A stretch of 64,000 nucleotides of DNA from an uncultured Nitrososphaerota archaeon. Lineage in GTDB: Archaea > Thermoproteota > EX4484-205 > JAAOZP01. Location of the stretch: the NCBI GenBank assembly GCA_964416155.1, contig CAYQCW010000005.1, forward strand, positions 87,364 through 151,363, given 5' to 3'. A model generated the notes under the pieces. The model was not told the origin of the DNA, did no database searches, and was given only the letters and a program-made list of their open reading frames with translations. The position numbers and the translations under genes are program-made. Numbering within the stretch: the first letter of the stretch is position 1; each line of letters starts with the position of its first letter. Below are positions 48,852 through 58,967 of this stretch, one piece after another.

Positions 48852-49009
48852 TGTTTCCTCCGCCTCATCCGTAAATTGCTCCAATAAAAAGTTTTCTAAG
48901 ACGCTTATCGAGTTTGGGTGGCTGTTTAGCGCTGCCATGCTCGGGAAACGTTTTCGTCAGGGTTAAAAAATAAACGGTTAAAAGGTGTCGTAAACTGTTT
49001 TACTTTGAA

Positions 49010-49894
49010 TTGGGTGGAACAATACTGTTGACGAATGATGATGGCGTATATTCCCCGGCTTTCAAAGCATTTTGGAGGAGGCTTGTAGACCTTAAGCTCG
49101 GCGAGGTTGTCGCGGTTACCCCGGAGCATGAGATGAGCGCCGCTGGTAAATCGATAACTCTTCACAAGCCTTTAAGGGTTAACAGGGTTTCAAGCAAGAT
49201 CCACGGGGATAAATACGGGCATGTTCACCTCGTCTCCGGGACGCCTGCTGATGCGGTTTTCGTAGCGTTAAACCTGATTCTCGCCGAGAAGCCGTGCATA
49301 ACTGTGAGCGGGATAAACATGGGTGATAACATAACGCTGGACAATCTTTTCACCAGCGGGACAATAGCTGCGGCGATACAATCCTTTTTAAGCGGTGTTC
49401 CGGCAATAGCCTTCAGCGTTGAAATACCGCCTAGTGTTGAGCGCAGAGAGCTTAAGGTTGGCAGCTTTCAGCACCACGGCGAGATTGCAGCCGAGATAAC
49501 GAGGTTTATGGTTGAGAATCCTCTTTCAACCCCGCATGTTTTAAACGTAAACTTCCCTTTTCACACGGGTAGGGACACGGGTGTGGAGCTGACTTCATTG
49601 GCTAAGATAAAGTTTGAAAACTATATTCTGGAGAGGAAGGATCCAAGAGGCGCCCCATATTACTGGATAGGGAGCTCTGAGATAAACGTTGACAAGTCTC
49701 ACGAGGGCACTGATCTCTACGCGCTCACGGTTCAGAAAGCAGTGTCAATATCACCCATAAGCCTGGAGGTGAGCACGCCGATTCTAATGAATCCCGAATC
49801 GTTCTACAAGAGGGAGCACCTTGAGAAAGACAGGAGAACACTTGTGAACCTGCAGAGGAGGGTCAGGGACATACTGGTCTCTAAGGCGCGTTAG
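49010..49894 (+). CDS. surE: 5'/3'-nucleotidase SurE
   Basis: LLTNDDG, GTPAD, SGIN.G.N, SGT. Confidence 0.95.
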   Translation: MGGTILLTNDDGVYSPAFKAFWRRLVDLKLGEVVAVTPEHEMSAAGKSITLHKPLRVNRVSSKIHGDKYGHVHLVSGTPADAVFVALNLILAEKPCITVSGINMGDNITLDNLFTSGTIAAAIQSFLSGVPAIAFSVEIPPSVERRELKVGSFQHHGEIAAEITRFMVENPLSTPHVLNVNFPFHTGRDTGVELTSLAKIKFENYILERKDPRGAPYYWIGSSEINVDKSHEGTDLYALTVQKAVSISPISLEVSTPILMNPESFYKREHLEKDRRTLVNLQRRVRDILVSKAR

Positions 49895-49989
49895 CGTATT
49901 TCTTAAAAAAGCAGCCTAGTTTTCTTCACGGCATGCGCGCGCTAAAAAGCTTCCAGGAGGGTTAAGGAAAAAGATGTCAGCCCAGTTTA

Positions 49990-50540
49990 TTTAAACCTCG
50001 AGCCAGCACCCTTTTTCCAGCGCCTCTGATTAACTGGTTCTTGTTTTCAATCATTTTTTGAAACTCGCTTTCAGTGCAGCACAGGGGTTCTATCGGCAGG
50101 TCTGTTTCACGCAACACATCCAGCATTCTCTTGTGCATCCTCCCCTTGAAGCAGCCGATTATTATGATGTCTATGTCGCTCCCCTCGTGCAGCTCTCTTC
50201 AGGCAAACGAGCCGTAAGCCAGGGCCCTCTTTATTCCGAACCGTGTCGATTTTTCTCAGAAACTCTACGAGCCTGTACTCCAGGTCTCTATGTTTTCCTG
50301 CCTTCGTCAATATTGATTCTAACAACCTTAAGCATTTTTCAGCATCACCCTCGTCGAAACACCCGATGGCACAACCTCCGCTGAGAACGAGTTCGGGTAT
50401 CTAAGCAATGTAAACACTATCTAGAAACTTAACATCCTACTTTTTAAGCTCTTCGACCCCAACCCTGTTAACCAGTTCGAAAACGGAGTGGCTTCAGCCA
50501 TCTGCGGGCCAGTGAAACACTGCTCATGTATCGAAGCTGA
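49990..50540 (-). pseudogene. Decayed HEPN-MNT toxin-antitoxin pair
   Basis: HSVFEL, LDSVYI.RYPNS (HEPN); AYGSFA, EGSDIDIIII, LPIEP (MNT); frameshifted. Confidence 0.75.
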
Positions 50541-50725
50541 AACTGCGAGAGACGCTATTAAACCTTTTTAAAAAGCTGTTAGCGCACGCTATAATTTAGG
50601 TTGAACAGGCTCAAGAAACAGATGGGGAATGCAGCGAGATTCTCCGCGCAGACGCATCTTAATATTTCCCCTGAAAATGGTCAAACGCTTAAATATCGTC
50701 CAGCCATACTTATTCGACGCAACAT

Positions 50726-50932
50726 ATGCCTGCCGAGGACCATGCTAATCTTCACACCGACAGGGAGAGGATTCTCGAGGCGATAACACAGGCTAAGCTT
50801 CTCTACGCTGTAACTCCTAAGGTTCCGGAGTATAGGAAGATCCTCCTGATAATAAGGCCTAGAACCCCGCCTCGGGGATACTCGCTCTGGGTTAAAGAGT
50901 CTTACGAGGAATACAGGAGGAGCCGCGTCTAG
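50726..50932 (+). CDS. Short hypothetical ORF or gene remnant
   Basis: 68 aa; TATA-like CTTAAATA upstream; no recognisable motif. Confidence 0.35.
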   Translation: MPAEDHANLHTDRERILEAITQAKLLYAVTPKVPEYRKILLIIRPRTPPRGYSLWVKESYEEYRRSRV

Positions 50933-50983
50933 TTTTAACGGTTAGGAAAAGTTAATACCCCCGGCTGGTGGGGTGAAAACAGG

Positions 50984-51985
50984 TTGGAGGAGAGCCTAAG
51001 CCTGGTTGAGACCGCTGTGGGCCTTATTGTTTTCGAAGGACACGAGGCTAAACCATACCTTTTCAAGAGTGTTGATGAGGCCGTGAAGCATTACAGCGGC
51101 ACTATTCCCACGGGTGTCGCATCCTTCCTCCAAGACTGGAGGGGGAGGAGCATAACGGTTGAGAGAAGAAGCCTTGCGGAGGCCTTGACCCGCCTAGGCT
51201 TGAAGCCTATTGTGGAGGAGCCTTTGAAAAAGGCTGTTGAGCTCAGGGCTGATTTGGAGAAAAATCTGAGTATTCTGGGCTTAAGCATGGATGAGTACCG
51301 GGTTTTCACCGCCAGGGTTGCGGCGAGGCTTGCCCAAGCAAGGGTTGAGGAGCTTGCTAAAAGCAGTGACATTGACATTGTTATCGCGATGCAGGCTTAC
51401 GACGAGCTTGTAAAGATGCTTAACATTCTTCAAGACAGGATAATGATATGGGTTAAGGAGAGGGAGCCACGCTTACTTGAGGATAGTAAGGATGCTGAGA
51501 AGATTGTTAGGCGAGTAGCCTCTTCAAACACTCCTGGTTACGTAAGGAGGATTGCTGAGCTCTACCTTGAGACCGAGGAATGCAGGGGTTTTGTGGAGAA
51601 GCATATCAGCATGCTAATGGATGAGACTGCTCCGAACCTTAGCACAGTCATCGGCCCACTGCTCGGCGCTAGGCTAATCTCTAAAACAGGCTCCCTTTCC
51701 AGGCTGGCCAGCCTGCCCGCCTCAACCATACAGATACTTGGGGCTGAGAAGGCTCTCTTCAGGGCCCTGAGGAAGAGGGGTAGGCCTCCTAAGCATGGAA
51801 TAATCTTTCAACATCCCTATGTTCACGGCTCTCCGAGAAAGATAAGGGGCAAGGTTGCAAGACTGCTCGCCAGCAGGATCGCTATAGCAGCCAGGGTCGA
51901 CTGCTTCTCAGGAAGATTCATAGGGGAAGAGTTGAAGAAGGATGTTGAGAACAGGCTTAAGGCTTTGAAGGAGGGTGTGGGCTGA
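50984..51985 (+). CDS. nop5: Nop5/Nop56 C/D box RNP protein
   Basis: APNLS, PASTIQILGAEKALF, PKHGIIF, RGK.AR. Confidence 0.95.
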   Translation: MEESLSLVETAVGLIVFEGHEAKPYLFKSVDEAVKHYSGTIPTGVASFLQDWRGRSITVERRSLAEALTRLGLKPIVEEPLKKAVELRADLEKNLSILGLSMDEYRVFTARVAARLAQARVEELAKSSDIDIVIAMQAYDELVKMLNILQDRIMIWVKEREPRLLEDSKDAEKIVRRVASSNTPGYVRRIAELYLETEECRGFVEKHISMLMDETAPNLSTVIGPLLGARLISKTGSLSRLASLPASTIQILGAEKALFRALRKRGRPPKHGIIFQHPYVHGSPRKIRGKVARLLASRIAIAARVDCFSGRFIGEELKKDVENRLKALKEGVG

Positions 51986-52665
51986 TGGTTAGAGAGGTTT
52001 TCAAAGGGGTTTACGAGGTTGAGGATGAGGAGGGAACCCGCCTCGCAACGCTCAGCATCGCACCCGGCACAGTGGTCTACGGTGAGAAGACGATCATGGT
52101 TGGGGACGCGGAATACAGGGTTTGGAACCCGTATAGGAGTAAGATAGCTGCAGCCCTGCTTAAAGGCATGCGGAGCTTCTTCATAGAGCCGGGGTGGAGG
52201 ATCCTTTATCTTGGAGCAGCCTCCGGCACCACTGTGAGCCATGTTTCAGACATAGTTGGGCCCAAGGGGGTTGTCTACGCGGTTGAAGTCGCCCACAGGC
52301 CTTTCAGAGAGTTTCTTGAAAAAGTGGTGGGGAAGAGGAGTAACGTTGTGCCCATACTTGCCGATGCGAGGAGGGTTTTAGAGTATGCTTGGCTCCTTGA
52401 GAAGGTTGACACTGTTTACTGCGACGTTGCTCAGCCCGACGAGATAGACATAGCGGTTAGAAACGCAGACCTGTTTCTCAGGGAGAAAGGACTCCTCGTG
52501 GTCGCGCTTAAAGCCAGCAGCGTCGACTCAACTAGAAAGCCGAGTGAAATATACAGGGCTGAGGAAGCCAGGCTGGAGGCTGCTGGCAGGTATGGGGTAG
52601 AGGAAACCATAGACCTTGAGCCGTTCGCAATGATGCATGAATTAATCGTCTCCAGACGGGTCTAG
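51985..52665 (+). CDS. flpA: Fibrillarin rRNA 2'-O-methyltransferase
   Basis: VYGE, WNPYRSK, LYLGAASGTTVSHVSD, DVAQP. Confidence 0.97.
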   Translation: MVREVFKGVYEVEDEEGTRLATLSIAPGTVVYGEKTIMVGDAEYRVWNPYRSKIAAALLKGMRSFFIEPGWRILYLGAASGTTVSHVSDIVGPKGVVYAVEVAHRPFREFLEKVVGKRSNVVPILADARRVLEYAWLLEKVDTVYCDVAQPDEIDIAVRNADLFLREKGLLVVALKASSVDSTRKPSEIYRAEEARLEAAGRYGVEETIDLEPFAMMHELIVSRRV

Positions 52666-53324
52666 AGAAATCTTTTTAGACTTTCCTGGCTTAAGCGTGC
52701 ACCTATTCTTCCAACGGTGCTCCAGCTCCGCCTAAGCATGCTTGTCGTGGAGCCAGACTTGAGAAGCTGCTCGACAATCCTTACTGTCCTAGGGTCGCCC
52801 GAGTACCCTGAGCACTCAGGCAACCCGGCTTTCCTCAGAAGGCTTTTAACAGCCCTGTCCCTCTCAACCTTAGCAATTATGCTTGCAGCACCCACTATCG
52901 GGTTAGACTCGTCCAAATAATTCCTAACGATTAGAACGCCTTTAAAGCCGGGCGCATGTCTAAGCATCATCCTTCTGAATCTTTCACAATCCCTGTCCAC
53001 AGAGTCCACGTAGAAGACTCCCCGGCGATGCTTACTCAGAATGCTTCCTACGAGCATGGCTTCAATCTCGTTCAGGCTTACTCTCCTAGCCCTAAGCCAG
53101 TCTATACGGCTGGCGCTCACCCTCCTGATCTCAACAACCCGAGCTATCCTCCTTATGCTTGAAGAAATCTGAACCCTGCTCCGCGGGCTAAGTTTTTTAG
53201 AGTCTTTAACGCCTGCTTCAACAAGCCGGGGAACACTCTTCTCCTCAACCCCTACCGCAGATATAACGAGCGGGCCTATAACGCAGCCCCTTCCAGCCTC
53301 GTCGACACCAGCTATCAAAACCAT
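52662..53324 (-). CDS. rnhB: Ribonuclease HII
   Basis: GVDEAGRG..IGP, DSKKL, AASIIAKVERD, C-terminal PIP-like QESLKRF. Confidence 0.95.
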   Translation of the reverse strand: MVLIAGVDEAGRGCVIGPLVISAVGVEEKSVPRLVEAGVKDSKKLSPRSRVQISSSIRRIARVVEIRRVSASRIDWLRARRVSLNEIEAMLVGSILSKHRRGVFYVDSVDRDCERFRRMMLRHAPGFKGVLIVRNYLDESNPIVGAASIIAKVERDRAVKSLLRKAGLPECSGYSGDPRTVRIVEQLLKSGSTTSMLRRSWSTVGRIGARLSQESLKRFL

Positions 53325-53331
53325 TTTCCCA

Positions 53332-54789
53332 TCAGTATGATTTCGCGAAGTAGACGACTTTCGAAGCAGGCCTGCCACACTTCACGCATCCTGAGAACAC
53401 CGGCTCCTCCTCAAACGGGATTAGCCTTATCGACGCTCCAGTCTCACTTTTAACAGCCTCGTCGCACTCCTTTGAGCCGCACCAGCATGCTTTAACCATC
53501 ATCCCCCTGGAAACCATTTCCGAAAGCATGCTCATCGTCTCAGCCCTGCCCGTTTTCTCAACCATCATTCTCCTAGCCTTCTCATACATGTTTCTCTGAA
53601 TATCCTCCAAGAGCCTCCCCGTCTCCTCCTCAAGGTCTCCGTCACGTATCCTCATCCGCCTCAGCTCGTCCCTTCTGAAGACTGTAAGCGTGTTCTCCCT
53701 AACATCCTTAGGGCCGACCTCTATCCGCAGGGGGACTCCCTTAAGCTCCCAATCGTTATATTTCCAACCGGGCGTGTAGTCCTCCCTGAGGTCCGCTTGG
53801 GCTGAGAACCCTTTTCTCGAAAGCCTCTCCTCAAGCTCCCTGCACTTCGAGACGATGAGCCTCTTCTCCTCATCGCTGTAAAATATTGGGATTATGACAA
53901 TCTGCATGGGCGCTATCCTCGGGGGGAGCATAAGCCCCCTGTCGTCCCCATGCAGCATCACAACTGCACCTATGAGCCTTGTGGAAACACCCCAGGATGT
54001 TTGCCAAACATAGCTTGTTGAACCGTTTCGGTCTAGGAAAGTTATTTCGAAAGCCTTTGAAAAGTTTTGGCCTAGGAAGTGCGAGGTTCCCGCTTGAAGA
54101 AGCCTCCCATCAGGCATTAAAGCCTCAATCGTGAAAGTCGCCTCCGCTCCGGCGAACTTGTCCCAGTCCGTTTTAACACCGTCTAAAACAGGTATTGCCA
54201 AGTACTCTTCGACAAACCTCTTGTAGAGCCTGAGTATTTCAAGAGCCTGCTGAAGCGCCTCCTCTCTCGCGGCGTGCGCCGTATGACCCTCCTGCCATAG
54301 GAACTCAGTATTCCTGAGAAAAGGCTTAGTAGACTTTATCTCCCATCTCACGATGTTGCACCACTGGTTAAGCTTAACCGGCAGATCCCTCCAGCTCCTG
54401 ATCCATTTAGCGTACATCTCGTACATTATCGTCTCCGACGTCGGCCTTATCGCAAGCCTCTCTGAAAGAGGCTCGTCACCCCCCTGAGTAACCCATGCGA
54501 CTTCAACAGTGAAACCCTTAAAATGCTCAGCCTCCTTCCTAAGAAGCCTCTCAGGGATCAGAAGAGGAAAGTAAACGTTCCTCACACCCATCTTCTTAAA
54601 CTCAGAGTCTAGAATACTCACCATCCTTTCCCAAACCGCGTAGGCCAGCTCCCTGAAAACAATACAGCCGTGGACAGGAGCATAGTCCGCTAAGCCCGAC
54701 TTCGCAACAACCTGGCTGTACCACTCTGCGAAATCCTCGTTTTTACCTACGGTTAAGCCTATTTCCCCTCTCTCAACAGTCAAGCCCAT
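53332..54789 (-). CDS. proS: Prolyl-tRNA synthetase (archaeal/eukaryotic type)
   Basis: RPTSET, FLWQEGHT, GQNFSKAF, C-terminal FAKSY. Confidence 0.97.
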   Translation of the reverse strand: MGLTVERGEIGLTVGKNEDFAEWYSQVVAKSGLADYAPVHGCIVFRELAYAVWERMVSILDSEFKKMGVRNVYFPLLIPERLLRKEAEHFKGFTVEVAWVTQGGDEPLSERLAIRPTSETIMYEMYAKWIRSWRDLPVKLNQWCNIVRWEIKSTKPFLRNTEFLWQEGHTAHAAREEALQQALEILRLYKRFVEEYLAIPVLDGVKTDWDKFAGAEATFTIEALMPDGRLLQAGTSHFLGQNFSKAFEITFLDRNGSTSYVWQTSWGVSTRLIGAVVMLHGDDRGLMLPPRIAPMQIVIIPIFYSDEEKRLIVSKCRELEERLSRKGFSAQADLREDYTPGWKYNDWELKGVPLRIEVGPKDVRENTLTVFRRDELRRMRIRDGDLEEETGRLLEDIQRNMYEKARRMMVEKTGRAETMSMLSEMVSRGMMVKACWCGSKECDEAVKSETGASIRLIPFEEEPVFSGCVKCGRPASKVVYFAKSY

Positions 54790-54871
54790 AGTTTCGAGCC
54801 TCAGGGGTTTTTAAAACATTGTGCTATGAAAAAGCTAAATACGGGGCTTGTACAAGTGTAAAATGGGGAAA

Positions 54872-55150
54872 ATGGGTAAGAAAAGGAAGTCTAGGGGACG
54901 GTCGAAAGGCGGGAAGGGAAGGTCAGAGTACGTCAGCTGTACGAATTGTGGAAGCAGGATCCCCGTAGACAAGGCTATAAAAGCAACAAAAAGAGTCGCC
55001 TACGTAGACCCAATTCTGGCAAGAGAGCTCAAGAAATCAGGAACCTTCCTGCCCAGGGTCAGCGTCACAAGATACTACTGCGTCTCCTGCGCCGTCCACG
55101 CCGGAATAGTAAGAGTAAGATCAAGAGAGGAAAGACTGGGGGCGGAATAA
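54872..55150 (+). CDS. rps26e: 30S ribosomal protein S26e
   Basis: KKRKSRGRSKG, C..CG..IP.DKA, YCVSCAVH..IVRVR. Confidence 0.96.
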   Translation: MGKKRKSRGRSKGGKGRSEYVSCTNCGSRIPVDKAIKATKRVAYVDPILARELKKSGTFLPRVSVTRYYCVSCAVHAGIVRVRSREERLGAE

Positions 55151-55516
55151 ATGGCGTACGAGAGACTCGTTGAAAAACTAACCAAGGAAAACCTATGGCT
55201 ATACATACTAACAATGCTCAAAAACAAACCGATGTACGGCTACGAGATTGCCGCGCGGCTTAAGAGTGATTTTAAGATTCCTATTGCTACGATAACGGCT
55301 TACGTTGTTCTTTACAAGATGGAGAGGGAGGGTCTTGTGGAGAGGATGGAGCATCTTGAGACGGGTGGTAGGGTTAACATTAGGAAGGTTTACTACAGGG
55401 AGACTGATAAGGGTAGGGAGACGCTTGAGAAGGGGATTGAATACCTTCGGAGTAGGCTCCAACTCTTCGAGGGGGCTGGGCAGGGTGGTTCTGGGGAGCC
55501 TGAGAAAAAAGAGTGA
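55151..55516 (+). CDS. PadR-family regulator
   Basis: PMYGYEI, Y.VLYKME.EGLV, YY..T.KG. Confidence 0.9.
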   Translation: MAYERLVEKLTKENLWLYILTMLKNKPMYGYEIAARLKSDFKIPIATITAYVVLYKMEREGLVERMEHLETGGRVNIRKVYYRETDKGRETLEKGIEYLRSRLQLFEGAGQGGSGEPEKKE

Positions 55517-56090
55517 GAAGTTCTTCTCGAGGATTGGGAGGCTTATCTCCCCCGTTATAACCCCTATGGGGCTAACTATTCTCGGATTACTGTCGGCGGT
55601 GGTCGCGACCCTTTTCTACTCTTACAGGCATCTTTTCTGGGCTGGCGTCGCAATACTTTTCTCAGGATTGTTCGACGTTCTTGACGGTGTTGTCGCGAGG
55701 ATTAGCAACAGGGCAACTGGGTTCGGCGGGACGCTGGATGCCCTTGTAGACAGGTATACTGAGTTCTTCTATGTTCTAGGCCCAGCCTTAGGAGGGTATG
55801 TGGACTGGCCTCTTGCCTTCGTAACCATGTTCAGCATTATTGCTTCGAGCTATGTTAGGGCTAGGGCTGAGAGCGTAGGCGGCATGAAGGACGCGTCTGT
55901 CGGCGTGTTGGAGAGGGTTGAGAAGATACTGATAATAGCTGCAGCAACTTTTCTGAATCCTTTGATTAACGGGATAATATGGTTCTCAATGATAATGATG
56001 ATAATCCTTGGCCAGATAACTGTGCTCCAGAGGCTTTACGCAACCTGGAAGTTCTGGAGCGCTAAGAGGACTGTTCAGGCAGTCGTCTGA
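55485..56090 (+). CDS. CDP-alcohol phosphatidyltransferase
   Basis: DVLDG.VAR...GGTLD..VDRY; likely GTG start at 55485. Confidence 0.92.
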   Translation: MVLGSLRKKSEKFFSRIGRLISPVITPMGLTILGLLSAVVATLFYSYRHLFWAGVAILFSGLFDVLDGVVARISNRATGFGGTLDALVDRYTEFFYVLGPALGGYVDWPLAFVTMFSIIASSYVRARAESVGGMKDASVGVLERVEKILIIAAATFLNPLINGIIWFSMIMMIILGQITVLQRLYATWKFWSAKRTVQAVV

Positions 56091-56133
56091 GAATCTTAAT
56101 GTTTTTATAAGCGTGTGCGGAGACCAGTTTGGC

Positions 56134-56343
56134 TTGGGCAGGGTGGATAAGGGGGTTAAGTGCAGCGTAGCAGGGTGCAACGGCGAAGCAGTCAGGTCTG
56201 TGGCTTTCAAGAAGGCTGGTGAAGCAGGGCTCAGGCTAAGCGGGGAGGCGCGTAGAGCCTATCTCTGCGAGCTCCACTACAAGGAGTTTAAGAAGGCGAG
56301 GAGAAACGTGGACAGGATTGAAAGGATGAGGTGGAGGCCCTGA
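56134..56343 (+). CDS. Small Zn-binding protein
   Basis: MGRVDKGVKCSVAGC...YLCELHYKEFKK. Confidence 0.75.
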   Translation: MGRVDKGVKCSVAGCNGEAVRSVAFKKAGEAGLRLSGEARRAYLCELHYKEFKKARRNVDRIERMRWRP

Positions 56344-56374
56344 AATCCTCAACACCCCGATTTGATTCCTAGGC

Positions 56375-56880
56375 CTATACGTCGAGTCCCCGCTTCATCC
56401 TCTCGTAGATCCATCTTATGTCATATAGCTTTCCGAGTCTTCTTCGCTTCAATTCATTCTCCCTTTTCCTCCAGAGGAATCAACTCATATACCCAGGCAA
56501 ATAAGAGAAGAGTATGTTAGGTTTAAGGATTGGGACGACTTTTTCGAATTTTTACTAAAGTCAAAATATAAGATAATAATCATAGATGAATTTCAGTATC
56601 TAGTTAAGATAAACAAGGCTTGGCCTAGTCAACTGCAAAGATGGTGGGAAAGAATGAAGGATACTGAAAAGAAGATAATACTTTGTGGCTCTATAGTCTC
56701 AACGATTTACAAAATAGCCTAGGGTTTTCAAAAGAATCTGTTCGATTCAAGAATTTTGCGGAGAGAAGGGAGAAGAGCGAGAACAACACTTTCGACGCCG
56801 AGCTGGAGAGAAGAAGGCTTGGAAAACTGTACGATGAAAGGTGGATTTACGGAGAATCATGCTTGGACTCGAGGTTTAGG
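56375..56880. repeat. Imperfect ~80-bp inverted repeat (56375-56457 / 56800-56880) made of two diverged gene 3' ends
   Basis: ELKRRRLGKLYDIRWIY (-) vs ELERRRLGKLYDERWIY (+). Confidence 0.75.
56480..56730 (+). pseudogene. Internal remnant of an archaeal ATPase (ATPase_2/DUF234 type)
   Basis: IIIIDEFQYL..WPSQLQRWW..IILCGS; AT-rich. Confidence 0.75.
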
Positions 56881-56923
56881 TGTTAAGGTTTTTATAGGCG
56901 GAACTATTAAGTAGCAGGAAGGC

Positions 56924-58831
56924 TTGAGAATACTCCTCATCCACTGTAAAGAGTTCGAGTACAGCGCTAGGGACAAGGAGGCTGAGAGAGCTGAGGAGCT
57001 GGATGAAGTTAACGGGGCCGGGAAGTTTGAGAATGTTCTGGTTGCCTTCACGACGGTTGAGCGAGACGACGCGAAGAACCCTGAAGGAGTTGCGGAGCAA
57101 GCGGGCCAAGAGATACTTGACGTACTGCAGAAGGTAAAAGCTGAATCCATCTTGGTCTATCCCTATTCTCACCTTTCAAGCAGCCTTGCTGAGGCTAGCG
57201 ACGCTATAGGCATACTCAGGAAGATACATGGTAAACTACTCGAGAAAGGTGTCGAAGCCCACAGAGCCCCCTTCGGATGGAGCAAATCCTTCACCCTCGT
57301 TAATATCGGGCACCCCTTGGCTGAACTCTCCAGAACAATAGTTCCCCAGCCTGTTGAGAAGCCTGTTGAGAAGAAGGAGAAGTTCCACAGGTTTATCGTG
57401 ATGGATGAGGATGGTGTGGAGTACGAGGTCAGTAGGGAAGACTGGAGGAGCTGCGAAGCATTCAATAAGCCTGGCGGAAGGATGGTGATGCTTAGACGCT
57501 TCGTGGAGAACGAGCTTGAGGAGAGGAGGGGAGAGGGGGTTGAGCCAAGCCACATCGTGAACATGAGGAAGCTTGAGCTTGTCGACTACTGTCCGGAGAG
57601 CGACGCTGGAAACATGAAGTGGTATCCGAATGGTATTCTTTTAAAGGATCTTATTATGGATTATGCTTTCAAGAATATTGCTTTGCCCTGGGGGGCGATG
57701 AAGACGCAGAACCCTTTGCTTTACAGGACTGATGTTGAGGCGATTAGACAGTTGCAGGGCGAATTCCACGAGAGGGATTACAGGGTTGAGGACGGGTTGG
57801 TTTTAAGGTTTGCGAGCGACCCGGGTGCTTTCCCGTTTATTCAGAAAACTGTTTTCACATATAGGAATATGCCTGTCAAAGTGTATGAGGAGGCTATCTG
57901 CTTCAGGAGGGAGCAGAAGGGTGAGCTGACTGGGCTTATGAGGGTTAGGAACTTCTGGATGACGGACATGCATGCATTCTGCAGGGGCGAGGAGCAGGCT
58001 TCCGAGGAGTATTTAAGGCTGAGCGTTCTCTTCGGCGGGCTTATGGATAAGGTTATAGCAGGCGGGAGCTGGATTCTGGGATTCGAGGTTGTTGAAGAAT
58101 ATTATGAGAAGTACAGGTGGCTTTTCAAAAAGATTGTCGCGACTCTGAGGGTTCCAGCGTTCTTCAAGCTTATGAGGGAGATGACCCATTACTATGCTTT
58201 CAAAAACGAGTTTCAAGCAATCTTTCCGAACGGGGAGAATCTTCAAATATCGACGGTTCAGTGGGATGTGAAGAACGGGGAAAGGTTCAACATTTGCTAT
58301 TATGATGCTGACGGTGTTAAGAAGCCTGTTGGAGTAATCATCCACGCCTCATCGTTTGGAAGCGTTGAGAGAGCGGTGGCTGCGATGCTTGAGAACGCTG
58401 CCGGCAGGGTGTCTGAAGGTAGGCCCCCGATGCTTCCAGTCTGGCTCTCACCTGAGCAAGTTAGGATAATACCTGTTGATGTTGAGAAACACTTGGATCA
58501 GAGCATCAGGGTTGCGGAGAGGCTTGAGAAGGAGGGTGCTAGGGTTGGCGTTGACGATAGGGGCCTGACTGTTTCGAAAAGGGTTGCTGAGGCTAAGACC
58601 CATTGGATACCTTTCATAATAGTCTACGGGGATAGGGAGGAGCAGAGTGGAAACCTGAGGATCGTGGTGAGGGAGGAGTCTACTCTTGAGAGGGAACGCG
58701 TCGAGGAGATGAGCCTAGAGGAGTTTGCAGCATACTTTAGGAGGAGGGTTGAAGGAATGCCCACTAGGCCACTTTACGTACCTAGGGAGCTGAGTAGGAG
58801 AATAGTCTTCGTGCCTATGAGAAGCCAGTAA
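56924..58831 (+). CDS. thrS: Threonyl-tRNA synthetase (archaeal, with N-terminal editing domain)
   Basis: MRILLIH, YPYSHLS, RAPFGW.K, FRREQ.GE, DMH, IHAS..GS.ER. Confidence 0.97.
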   Translation: MRILLIHCKEFEYSARDKEAERAEELDEVNGAGKFENVLVAFTTVERDDAKNPEGVAEQAGQEILDVLQKVKAESILVYPYSHLSSSLAEASDAIGILRKIHGKLLEKGVEAHRAPFGWSKSFTLVNIGHPLAELSRTIVPQPVEKPVEKKEKFHRFIVMDEDGVEYEVSREDWRSCEAFNKPGGRMVMLRRFVENELEERRGEGVEPSHIVNMRKLELVDYCPESDAGNMKWYPNGILLKDLIMDYAFKNIALPWGAMKTQNPLLYRTDVEAIRQLQGEFHERDYRVEDGLVLRFASDPGAFPFIQKTVFTYRNMPVKVYEEAICFRREQKGELTGLMRVRNFWMTDMHAFCRGEEQASEEYLRLSVLFGGLMDKVIAGGSWILGFEVVEEYYEKYRWLFKKIVATLRVPAFFKLMREMTHYYAFKNEFQAIFPNGENLQISTVQWDVKNGERFNICYYDADGVKKPVGVIIHASSFGSVERAVAAMLENAAGRVSEGRPPMLPVWLSPEQVRIIPVDVEKHLDQSIRVAERLEKEGARVGVDDRGLTVSKRVAEAKTHWIPFIIVYGDREEQSGNLRIVVREESTLERERVEEMSLEEFAAYFRRRVEGMPTRPLYVPRELSRRIVFVPMRSQ

Positions 58832-58967
58832 GCATGTTGACGCGCACAGCGCGCTGGGATTTCACAGGGTTACTACGCTAAGCTCAGAAAATGTTTAGAA
58901 GAACGCCTGCAACCATGCTCATCAGGAAGAGCAGTAGGAGTATTATTGCAGCCGCCTTCCTGTTCAA

